Assembly (NCBI GenBank): GCA_027063325.1 | Contig: JAMOSA010000233.1 | Location: 1 to 37,948, forward strand | Length of the DNA: 37,948 bases | Direction: 5' to 3' | From: Campylobacteraceae bacterium | GTDB lineage: Bacteria > Campylobacterota > Campylobacteria > Campylobacterales > Sulfurovaceae | Position numbers and translations under genes: made by a program | The notes under the pieces: generated by a model | Database searches by the model: none | Told to the model about the DNA's origin: nothing | Seen by the model: the letters and a program-made list of their open reading frames with translations, nothing else | Part shown: positions 8,991 through 17,514 of the stretch, in pieces | Layout of the letters: each line of letters begins with the position of its first letter | Numbering within the stretch: position 1 is the stretch's first letter

Positions 8991-10574
8991 TCACCCTTTA
9001 AATAATTTATCAATTTCTAAGTTTAATTTATTTATGTTTGAATAATCTTGTATAGTTTTTTTAGATAATTCTACAATTTTATTATGTAATAATACTTCTT
9101 TTTCATTATCCCAATTTATCTTTCTAAATGGAATACTAGCAATTGGTTTTTCAGAGAACTCAACTATATTTCCTTTTCTTACTCCATTGTTTATAAGCCA
9201 ATCAAATACTCTTTTATTGTTTAATAAAGCTAATATATAATAAATACTTTCTTTAATGTTATCTTTTTTAAAAAGTGCCGTTACATCTTGAGTAGGATAT
9301 AAATTTTTATCTATCAATGCAAATCTAAAATAATCTTTGTTTGATATTCTTTCTTTACAAGGAACAAATATTCTTTTTTTATTTTTAGAAAATAGATTAT
9401 AGTTTCTTAAAAATACCCATTCCCAATAAGGAATATTTCTGTTATAGTTATATCTTTTTTCAAGTTTTGATTTAAATGGTAATAGATGATTATAAAAATT
9501 TGGAAAGTTATTTTTTAGTTCTTCTTCATCTTTAATATTTAATAAAAATATATAGTATGTAATATTTGTATAACTAAATGGTTTTAAATCTTTAGCTTTG
9601 ATAACCTTTAAAATATGCTTTTTTTCATTTTTATTTAAGTGTTGAATATCTTGAATTTGAAAGGCTTTATCCAATCCACTTACCATTCCATTACCAATAT
9701 CACAAATATCTCCTATAGTATGGAATTTATCTGTTTCAAAATCAAATAAAGATGTTTGATGACTTTTGATTAAACAATATTGTTCAAATATTTTTAGTTC
9801 ATTTTTAATTTCATTAGAAGTTAGTAACCATCTTTTATTTTCTTCAAATTGCTCAATATTAAGATAAGTTGTGTTTTTTTGTTCTATTTGGTTTTGAATA
9901 TTATTTATAATTTCACTAGTTAATTTACGATTAGCATAATATTTAGTTAATTTTATTTTTGAGTTGTTTTTTTTATTTGATTTTATATATTTAAAAATTA
10001 TTGTAGAAACAGTAGCTTTATCAAAAATAGGTGTTTCATTAAAATGAATAATTTCTTCAAAATATCCATTTTTTACCATATAGTTACGAAGATTTAAAGA
10101 ATGTTTTGTATTTAACCAATATTCTGGTGTAATAAATATTAATTCTCCTCCATCTTTTAGTAACTCAATAGATTTTAGTATAAAAATATATGAATAATCA
10201 CATAAACTATTAAAATATTTATTCCATAAAATACTTTCATTTAGTTCTTCTTTTAGTTCTTCTTCTAAATTTTTCCATCTAATATAAGGTGGATTTCCTA
10301 TTATTAAATCAAATTTTTTGTCAATTTTTGCAGTTACAAAACTTTCATTTATAACATTTGGTATATTGCGAGATAATATTTCATCAATTTCATAACCTAT
10401 AATATTTTTAAATCCTTTATTTTTGAGATTTTCAATAAAAATACCTTTACCACATGATGGTTCTAATATAAGAGCATCTTTATCAACTTTTGATAAAGAA
10501 ATCATTAAATCAACAATTAATTTAGGAGTAAAATATTGACCAAATTTATTTTTAACTGATATAGGTTTTGTCAA
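8991..10574 (-). CDS. N6-adenine DNA methyltransferase, gamma class (Eco57I/TaqI-like fold), probably M.HincII-like (GTYRAC)
   Basis: GQYFTP, LEPSCGKGIF and IGNPPY motifs in gamma order; intact 527 aa with TTG start after AAGG; directly upstream of the HincII-like endonuclease relic. Confidence 0.88.
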   Translation of the reverse strand: MTKPISVKNKFGQYFTPKLIVDLMISLSKVDKDALILEPSCGKGIFIENLKNKGFKNIIGYEIDEILSRNIPNVINESFVTAKIDKKFDLIIGNPPYIRWKNLEEELKEELNESILWNKYFNSLCDYSYIFILKSIELLKDGGELIFITPEYWLNTKHSLNLRNYMVKNGYFEEIIHFNETPIFDKATVSTIIFKYIKSNKKNNSKIKLTKYYANRKLTSEIINNIQNQIEQKNTTYLNIEQFEENKRWLLTSNEIKNELKIFEQYCLIKSHQTSLFDFETDKFHTIGDICDIGNGMVSGLDKAFQIQDIQHLNKNEKKHILKVIKAKDLKPFSYTNITYYIFLLNIKDEEELKNNFPNFYNHLLPFKSKLEKRYNYNRNIPYWEWVFLRNYNLFSKNKKRIFVPCKERISNKDYFRFALIDKNLYPTQDVTALFKKDNIKESIYYILALLNNKRVFDWLINNGVRKGNIVEFSEKPIASIPFRKINWDNEKEVLLHNKIVELSKKTIQDYSNINKLNLEIDKLFKG

Positions 10575-10669
10575 TTTTAATTACCTTTTGTATATATAAT
10601 GTATTTTGTATAACTATATATAACTATTTATTATAAGAGATTGTATCCCATACACCCTTAAAGACACTA

Positions 10670-10887
10670 TTAGCAAATGATTTGATTGGGTTCTTACTAT
10701 TTTTGTAAGAGATTTTCATATAATTGTGTAGTTTCTTTTTTTTTCATTATCAATTCTAATCTCTATTTTGAAGAAAACCAGCTATCCATTAACACATATT
10801 TAAATCAAATTCATCATTTGATAAAAATTTTGTTATTTGGTCATGGCTTAACTCTTCTATTATTTTACCACAACTGCGTAAGGTCAG
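10670..10887 (-). pseudogene. Internally deleted IS701-like transposase remnant 2 (left end retained, inner boundary approximate)
   Basis: Starts CTGACCTTACGCA, then blocks EELSHDQITKFLSNDEF / FKYVLMDSWFSSK* / KSLTKIVRTQSNH. No matching right end found. Confidence 0.75.
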
Positions 10888-10973
10888 TTATATAATCTAA
10901 AAGGCTTCATTTTTGAGTTTTGAATAATAAGATTATATCTACATAATACTAATTTATTAAAAATTATATATTT

Positions 10974-10982
10974 GGCTATAAT
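10974..10982 (+). promoter_or_regulatory. Probable sigma70 -10 box for sqr
   Basis: GGCTATAAT about 28 nt upstream of the ATG, followed by an AGGAG RBS. Confidence 0.45.
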
Positions 10983-11009
10983 AAAATTATCACATATCAG
11001 GAGCAGACT

Positions 11010-12479
11010 ATGGCACAGGTTGTAGTAATGGGAGGAGGTGTAGCAGGGCATACTGCTGCTACATTTCTCAAAAATTGGTTGGGTAAAGAGCATGAGGTAA
11101 TAGTAGTTACTCCAAATAGTCAATGGAATTGGATACCCTCTAATATATGGGTAGGTGTGGGCAGAATGAAAAAAGAGGATGTTGTATTTCCTTTGGCACC
11201 TATTTATAATGAAGCTGGTATTGTCTATAAACAGGCAAAAGCAGTTGCTATATATCCAGAGGGATCATATGAGGTATCAAAGCCATATATTACTATTGAA
11301 TATACATCCAAAGATAAAAAAGGACAAGAGGAGATAGTTGAGTATGACTATTTGATAAATGCTACTGGTCCAAAGTTGAATTTTGGAGCTACTGAGGGGC
11401 TTGGTATAGATAGTCAAATTGGTGAATATACAGTATCTGTATGTACAGCCGAACATGCCAAAGAGGCAAATGAGAAGCTTAAAGATATATTTGAAAAAGC
11501 CAAAAATGGTAAAACCCAAAAGATATTGGTCGGAACTGGACATGGGACATGTACATGTCAAGGTGCTGCTTTTGAGTATATACTAAATATTGAGCATGAA
11601 GCAAGAAGATTTGGTATTAGAGACAATTTGGAGATTAAGTGGATCTCAAATGAACCATATCTGGGTGATTTTGGTATGGATGGTATGCATCTTGGTAGTA
11701 TGGGTTATGTGATGAGTTCAAAACTTCTTGGTGAATCTCTATTTGCAGAAAGAGGAATACCTTGGATACTCAATGCACATACAAGCAAAGTAGAAGAGGG
11801 TAGATTGGAGTATGAGCTTATAGATGGTTCAAAAGGGAGCGAAGAGTTTGATTTTGCTATGCTTATACCTCCATTTAAGGGTGTAGATTTAGAGGCATTT
11901 GATAAAGATGGTAATGATATAAGAGATAAACTGTTTTTGCCAAATGGATTTATGAGAGTTGATGCAGAGTATGAGCCAAAACCTTATGAAGAGTGGAAAG
12001 CGAGTGATTGGCCAAGTACCTATCAAAATCCTTATTACAAAAATATATTTGCAGCTGGTATTGCATTTGCTCCACCTCATCCAATATCCAAACCAAGAAA
12101 ATCACCAAATGGTACAGTAATTACTCCTGCTCCGCCAAGAACAGGTATGCCAGCAGGTACTATTGGCAAAGCAGTTGCACACTCTATTGCAAACAAAATA
12201 AAGTATGGAGAGAGTGGCAAACTAAGGGCTATCTCAATGGCACAGATGGGTTCAATTTGTGTAGCATCAGCAGGAGTTGGATTTAAATCTGGTCAAGCTA
12301 TATCATTTACTGTATATCCTCTTGTAAAAGATTTTGAGAAATATCCAGGAACAGGTAGAGATACAAGTAGAACTTATGGTGAGATTGGAGTATCTGGACA
12401 CTGGTTGAAGTTGGCACTTCACTATATGTTTATATACAAAGCCAAATTAAAGCCGGGTTGGACACTTATACCAGAATAA
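11010..12479 (+). CDS. sqr: Sulfide:quinone oxidoreductase, type IV (SqrD/SqrX-like)
   Basis: GGGVAG FAD motif, WNWIPSNIWVGVG, SVCTA, CTCQGAAFEY, PPRTGMP, CVASAG and C-terminal KLKPGWTLIPE. Confidence 0.88.
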   Translation: MAQVVVMGGGVAGHTAATFLKNWLGKEHEVIVVTPNSQWNWIPSNIWVGVGRMKKEDVVFPLAPIYNEAGIVYKQAKAVAIYPEGSYEVSKPYITIEYTSKDKKGQEEIVEYDYLINATGPKLNFGATEGLGIDSQIGEYTVSVCTAEHAKEANEKLKDIFEKAKNGKTQKILVGTGHGTCTCQGAAFEYILNIEHEARRFGIRDNLEIKWISNEPYLGDFGMDGMHLGSMGYVMSSKLLGESLFAERGIPWILNAHTSKVEEGRLEYELIDGSKGSEEFDFAMLIPPFKGVDLEAFDKDGNDIRDKLFLPNGFMRVDAEYEPKPYEEWKASDWPSTYQNPYYKNIFAAGIAFAPPHPISKPRKSPNGTVITPAPPRTGMPAGTIGKAVAHSIANKIKYGESGKLRAISMAQMGSICVASAGVGFKSGQAISFTVYPLVKDFEKYPGTGRDTSRTYGEIGVSGHWLKLALHYMFIYKAKLKPGWTLIPE

Positions 12480-12490
12480 AAGGAGTAGTT

Positions 12491-12682
12491 ATGGCACGAA
12501 TAAAAGAGGAGTTGAATTTTGCTAAAAGTGAGCAGTTTGAGACTACAATGATACCTGGTAAATTCCAAAGAGCAATGCGTCATTGCATTATTTGGCAATT
12601 TATTAGAATGATCTTTTTTGGTTTTAGAAGCTTGGGAATTATACGCTTAAATCTTAAAAACGAGCATGAGGTAGAGGGATAG
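12491..12682 (+). CDS. Small (63 aa) putative membrane-associated protein downstream of sqr
   Basis: AAGGAG RBS right after the sqr stop; basic/hydrophobic segment MRHCIIWQFIRMIFFGFRSLGII. Confidence 0.7.
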   Translation: MARIKEELNFAKSEQFETTMIPGKFQRAMRHCIIWQFIRMIFFGFRSLGIIRLNLKNEHEVEG

Positions 12683-12719
12683 GAGTCATATAGCAAATAG
12701 ATCTCTACCAACTTTTTAT

Positions 12720-12728
12720 TGGTATAAT
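12720..12728 (+). promoter_or_regulatory. Extended -10 promoter for the reductase-selA-selB unit
   Basis: TGGTATAAT 25 nt upstream of the ATG, with a GGAG RBS. Confidence 0.6.
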
Positions 12729-12753
12729 AACTCTATATTTTACTGGAGTTATT

Positions 12754-14388
12754 ATGTCAAAGCCAAATAAGATAGAAAGAATCAAACTCTCTTTATCCCC
12801 TGTTGAATTTGAAAAAGAGTTGGCATATTTAGATTATACCAATGTAAGTGAAGAGGATAGATTTTATCTAAAATCATATGGTATTTATAATATCAAACTA
12901 AGACCAGACAGATATATGATTCGTATCCGTATAGATGGTGGTAATATAGATACGAAGAGTTTAGAGTATATTGCAAACAGTGCCATTAGATACAATCTTG
13001 ATACAATACTCACTGCAAGAGGTGAAATTGAACTGCACAATATCAAACCGGATATGGTATATGAGATATATCAAAAACTCAAAACAGCCAATATAGAGAC
13101 AAAACAGACTCTTACTGACAACTTTAGGGCAATTACTACAGATCCATATGCCGATTTTTCAATTGATACTCTTATAGAGGTAGAGCCTATTATAAAACAG
13201 ATAAAGACTCTATTTTTGGGTAATGGTGAATGGATGGGTATGTTGCCTAGAAAATTCAATACTGCAATTGTGGGTAGAGTTGAGCCAGTAGTTAATCATT
13301 GGGGTAATGATTTGGTAATGATGCTCTCACAAAAAGATAATATATATGGCTTTAATATATATGCAGGTGGCAAAAACTCTGAAGTAGCACAAGATCTAAA
13401 TATCTTTGTAGAGCCAAAATATGCTTTTGATATATTTAAGGCAGTAGCAGATATATACAACACTATGGGGTATAGAGGTTCACGCTCAAAAACAAGACTC
13501 TTTTATATGATTGAAGATATGGGTATAGATAGATTCAGAGATTTAATTAAAGCCAAAGTACCAAATTTGCAAAATAAAGCAACTCTGCTGGTAAAATCTG
13601 CAAATCCTACTCCTGCTACACCTCTAAAAGGTGGTGGTATGGGAGTAACCATATATACAAACTATGGATTAATAGAGCCAAAAGAGTTGTATAGATACTC
13701 TCAATTGGCACAAGAGTATAGTGCTGTTATTCGTATGGGGTGTGATCAAAATCTACATATTTTACTTCCTAAAAAATACAAAAATAAAATTACTCCAGAT
13801 AGCACAAAAAGAGCTTTTGTTGTTGCTTGTGCAGGTAGTAAATATTGTCCACTCTCTTTGTGGGATATAAAGAGTGATTTACCAAAACTTCCGCAAAAAT
13901 TGATAGATATAGGTACAAAGATAGGTTTTAGCGGTTGTCTAAAGGGGTGTGGCAGACACTACCATAGTGATATAGGTTTTATTGGACTTAGGACAAATCT
14001 TTATGCAGATACAGAAAAAGCATTTCGTATATATATAGGAGCTATTCAAACGCCTGTTGCCAAACCAGCAAGACTACTCTATTATGCTGTACCAAAACGC
14101 TCTATTTTAGGGTGGCTAAATAGTGTAGCAGAAGATTTGATAAGTGGTGGTTTTGAGAACTTTGAAGATTATAGTAAACATATTAGAAACTTTAAAGATG
14201 AATTTATGACACTATGGTATCTAATAAGAGGTTGTTATGGATACAATAAAGATCTATTTGAACTCTTTTTATCCAAAGCTAAAGAAGAGAGTATTATAAA
14301 TAGAGCAAAAGAGTTATATAGTGATTTTCCAGAAGGTGATATAAACAATATTGCTAGAGTACTTAGTCATAGATTGTGGGATTTGTAA
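12754..14388 (+). CDS. Siroheme/[4Fe-4S] nitrite/sulfite reductase family protein (ferredoxin-dependent NirA-like, diverged)
   Basis: YGIY, MIRIRIDGG, DNFR, LPRKFN and RSKTRL motifs; Cys ligands in CAGSKYC and SGCLKGCG. Confidence 0.88.
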   Translation: MSKPNKIERIKLSLSPVEFEKELAYLDYTNVSEEDRFYLKSYGIYNIKLRPDRYMIRIRIDGGNIDTKSLEYIANSAIRYNLDTILTARGEIELHNIKPDMVYEIYQKLKTANIETKQTLTDNFRAITTDPYADFSIDTLIEVEPIIKQIKTLFLGNGEWMGMLPRKFNTAIVGRVEPVVNHWGNDLVMMLSQKDNIYGFNIYAGGKNSEVAQDLNIFVEPKYAFDIFKAVADIYNTMGYRGSRSKTRLFYMIEDMGIDRFRDLIKAKVPNLQNKATLLVKSANPTPATPLKGGGMGVTIYTNYGLIEPKELYRYSQLAQEYSAVIRMGCDQNLHILLPKKYKNKITPDSTKRAFVVACAGSKYCPLSLWDIKSDLPKLPQKLIDIGTKIGFSGCLKGCGRHYHSDIGFIGLRTNLYADTEKAFRIYIGAIQTPVAKPARLLYYAVPKRSILGWLNSVAEDLISGGFENFEDYSKHIRNFKDEFMTLWYLIRGCYGYNKDLFELFLSKAKEESIINRAKELYSDFPEGDINNIARVLSHRLWDL

Positions 14389-15704
14389 TGGAGTATAGGG
14401 ATATACCATCTGTTGATAGATTGCTAAAGTCTCCCAAATTTACTATGCTAAATAGAGATATACTAAAAAGAGCTTGTCATATAGAGATAGAGATATTAAA
14501 AAAGATTATCAAAGATGGCTCAAAAGATGTAGATACAAATAATCTTACAGATTTGATTCTAAAAAGATACAAACTTATATCAACTCCTACTCTAAAATCT
14601 CTTGTCAATGCAACCGGAGTTGTTTTGCATACAAATTTGGGAAGAGCCAAAATAGATAAAGAGTTGCTCAAAAGAGCTGTTGATATGGCAGGTGGATATT
14701 GTAATTTGGAGTATGATATAGATTTGGGCAACAGAGGAGATAGGAGTTATCATCTTGAAAACTCTTTGCAAAAACTTTTTGGTGATATTGGTGTATTGGC
14801 AGTTAATAATAATGCCTCTGCTTTGTTTTTGATACTAAATACATTTGCCAAAGATAAAGAGGCTATCATCTCAAGAGGTGAATTGATAGAGATTGGTGGT
14901 AGTTTTAGGCTCCCTGAAGTTATCAAATCCAGTGGTGCTTTACTCAAAGAGGTAGGAACAACAAACAAAACACATCTAAGAGATTACAAAGAGGCAATAG
15001 GTACTAACAGCAGTATGATTATAAAGGTACACAAATCAAACTTCCATATGGAGGGATTTTGCTCTGAAGTTGATATAAAAGAGCTTACAAAATTATCAAA
15101 AGAGAGAGGTTTGATAGACTATTATGACTTAGGAAGTGCTTCAATAGAGGAGATACCACATATTATAGATTCTCATATATCTTTAAAACATATACTCAAA
15201 CAGCCACCCTCTTTGCTTAGTTTTAGTGCTGATAAACTATTTGGTTCTATCCAAGCTGGTATTATAATAGGCAAAAAAGAGTTGATTAAAGAGTTGAAAC
15301 GAAATCAGATTATGAGAATGTTCAGATTAGATAAAATAACAATATCTATACTTCAGCAGAGTGTAGAAGCTTATATCCGTGGACAAACCAATACTATTAC
15401 TACCCTTTATCTGTTACAAAGAGATAAAAAAGAGTTATATACTATAGCAAACAGCATAATAAAGAGATCCAAAAAAGAGTTATATACAATAGATACAGTC
15501 GGATATACAGGTGGAGGTACTCTATCAAACAAAGAGTTACCCTCTGTTGCTATTGTGGTTGAGGGTGATTCAAAAGAGCTTCACAAGTACTTTAGACAAA
15601 GAGGTATCATAGGCAGAATAGAAAAGGGTAATTTTTTACTTGATATGTTGGCAGTAACAAAAGAGGAGATCAAAGAGATTGTAGAGGCTTTGGATAATCT
15701 ATGA
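14388..15704 (+). CDS. selA: L-seryl-tRNA(Sec) selenium transferase (selenocysteine synthase)
   Basis: NATGVVLHTNLGRA, NLEYD, VNNNA, SRGELIEIGGSFRLP, EVGTTNKTH, KVHKSNF, DLGS and the PLP-lysine motif FSADKL. Start overlaps the previous stop (TAATG). Confidence 0.95.
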   Translation: MEYRDIPSVDRLLKSPKFTMLNRDILKRACHIEIEILKKIIKDGSKDVDTNNLTDLILKRYKLISTPTLKSLVNATGVVLHTNLGRAKIDKELLKRAVDMAGGYCNLEYDIDLGNRGDRSYHLENSLQKLFGDIGVLAVNNNASALFLILNTFAKDKEAIISRGELIEIGGSFRLPEVIKSSGALLKEVGTTNKTHLRDYKEAIGTNSSMIIKVHKSNFHMEGFCSEVDIKELTKLSKERGLIDYYDLGSASIEEIPHIIDSHISLKHILKQPPSLLSFSADKLFGSIQAGIIIGKKELIKELKRNQIMRMFRLDKITISILQQSVEAYIRGQTNTITTLYLLQRDKKELYTIANSIIKRSKKELYTIDTVGYTGGGTLSNKELPSVAIVVEGDSKELHKYFRQRGIIGRIEKGNFLLDMLAVTKEEIKEIVEALDNL

Positions 15705-17494
15705 AGTATATTATTGTAGGGGTTGCCGGTCATATCAACCATGGTAAGACAGCTCTTGTTGAAGCTGTCTGCGGATACTCTACTGCTTCAAAAGAGGAGT
15801 TGGACAGGGGTATGACTCTGTTTGCAAGATACAGTAGTATCCAAAGGGATAATACTATAGTAGCTTTTATAGATGTACCAGGACACAAAGAGTTGATTTC
15901 CAAAATGGCACTCTCTGCATTTGCTTATGGGGTTACTCTGTTTGTAGTATCTGCAAAAGAGGGTATATCTGCTCAAACTATTGAGCATTTGAAGGTACTC
16001 AATATTGTATCAAACAGTTTGGTAATTGCAGTAGTTACCAAGACAGATTTAGTTACAACAAAAAGGATCAAAGAGGTAGAAGAGTCTATAAAAGAGTTGT
16101 TTAAAAGCTATAGAAATATCAAATTAAACTCTATACAAAAAGTATCTGTATATGATAACTCTTCTATATCAAAGCTTCTTGAACTTTTATATCAATTTTC
16201 AGCCCAAAAGAGTAGTGTAAATGAGCCATTTCGTGCATATATAGATAGAGTATTTGATATAAAAGGCAGAGGCAAAGTTGTAACTACTACTGTTTTAAAT
16301 GGTACAGTTGATATATCAACTTCTGTTTTTCACCAAAAGAGTACCAAAAAGTACAAAATCAAGAGTATAGAGCAACACCATAGCCAAGTTGAATATGCCA
16401 CAAAAGATACAAGAGTAGCTATGCTTTTGGATATCAAAAGAGTAAATTCAGGAGATATACTATACAGTGGTACCACAATAGATGCTTCATACAGTGTAGA
16501 TATAGCACTTGAGTACAATTACAATATCAAACACAACAGTTTTGTAAAAGTTGTTACAGTAGCAGGAGAAGTGAGTGCAAAGATACTTCTATACAGTGAT
16601 TCAAACTTTGCCAGATTAAAATTTGACAAAGAGGTCTTTTTGTGTTTTCAAGATAGAGTTTTATTGCTTGATTTATATGGTGTAATTGGTGGTGGAGAGG
16701 TTTTGATACCTCTGTCAGAACCTATAAGAAAAAGAGCAAAAATAGAATTGTTGCAGTATCTATACTGTAGAGATTTTACAAAAGCTTTGGCACTACTATC
16801 AACAAATCACAAAAAGGGTCTAAGGGTTGGTAACTCTTGGCAAAGGTTTGGTATAGAGCTTACAAAACTACACTGCTATACCAACTCATTAAGAGATTGT
16901 TTTTATGATACAAAAGTACAAAAGATATACTCCAAAGAGAGTATAAATAGTCTAAGAGAGGAAGTTTTAAGTATTTTTGCTAAAAACAAAATGGCACTTG
17001 TTTCTGCAAAATTGATTACAAATAGATTTAAATGGTGTGGTCTTCAATTGGCTGAGTATATATTAGAGAGTGAAAATATTCTACAAAAAGAGGGACAACT
17101 CTATTTTATAAGAGGATATACAAAAGCCTCAATCAAAGAGAGTATAAAAGAGTCTATATTAAAATTGACAGACTCTATCACTCCACCATCTTTAAATCAA
17201 ATGAGTATAGAGTTGTCTGTAGATATAACAGTACTAAAGACTCTTTTAAATCAATTAGAAAAAGAGGGTAGGGTATATAGAGTAACTTCAGATATATATA
17301 TTACACCAAGAGTAAAAAAGAGATTGATTGAGAGTATGTTGAGTATAATAACTAAAGAGGGTCAAATTGATATACAAAGTTGGAAGAGTTATATATCAAT
17401 TAGTAGAAAATATGCTATAGCATATCTTGAGATGTTAGATAACTTAGAGACTATCCAAAGGGTAGGGGGTGTTAGGTTGGCACTTTTAAAATAG
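15701..17494 (+). CDS. selB: Selenocysteine-specific elongation factor, diverged
   Basis: GHINHGKT, RGMT, DVPGH, TKTD, IDRVF and C-terminal winged-helix SRKYAIAYLE; ATGA-coupled to selA. Confidence 0.88.
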   Translation: MKYIIVGVAGHINHGKTALVEAVCGYSTASKEELDRGMTLFARYSSIQRDNTIVAFIDVPGHKELISKMALSAFAYGVTLFVVSAKEGISAQTIEHLKVLNIVSNSLVIAVVTKTDLVTTKRIKEVEESIKELFKSYRNIKLNSIQKVSVYDNSSISKLLELLYQFSAQKSSVNEPFRAYIDRVFDIKGRGKVVTTTVLNGTVDISTSVFHQKSTKKYKIKSIEQHHSQVEYATKDTRVAMLLDIKRVNSGDILYSGTTIDASYSVDIALEYNYNIKHNSFVKVVTVAGEVSAKILLYSDSNFARLKFDKEVFLCFQDRVLLLDLYGVIGGGEVLIPLSEPIRKRAKIELLQYLYCRDFTKALALLSTNHKKGLRVGNSWQRFGIELTKLHCYTNSLRDCFYDTKVQKIYSKESINSLREEVLSIFAKNKMALVSAKLITNRFKWCGLQLAEYILESENILQKEGQLYFIRGYTKASIKESIKESILKLTDSITPPSLNQMSIELSVDITVLKTLLNQLEKEGRVYRVTSDIYITPRVKKRLIESMLSIITKEGQIDIQSWKSYISISRKYAIAYLEMLDNLETIQRVGGVRLALLK

Positions 17495-17514
17495 TATTAC
17501 CAACCTAACTCTTT

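Larger units (their letters stand above)
8303..10887. mobile_element. Relic composite transposon: two IS701-like remnants flanking a HincII-type R-M cargo
   Basis: Outer ends CTGATCTTACGCA (8303-8315) and TGCGTAAGGTCAG (10875-10887) are 12/13 inverted repeats. Both are flanked by TTATATA (8296-8302 and 10888-10894). The cargo is visibly more AT-rich than its flanks. Confidence 0.75.
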
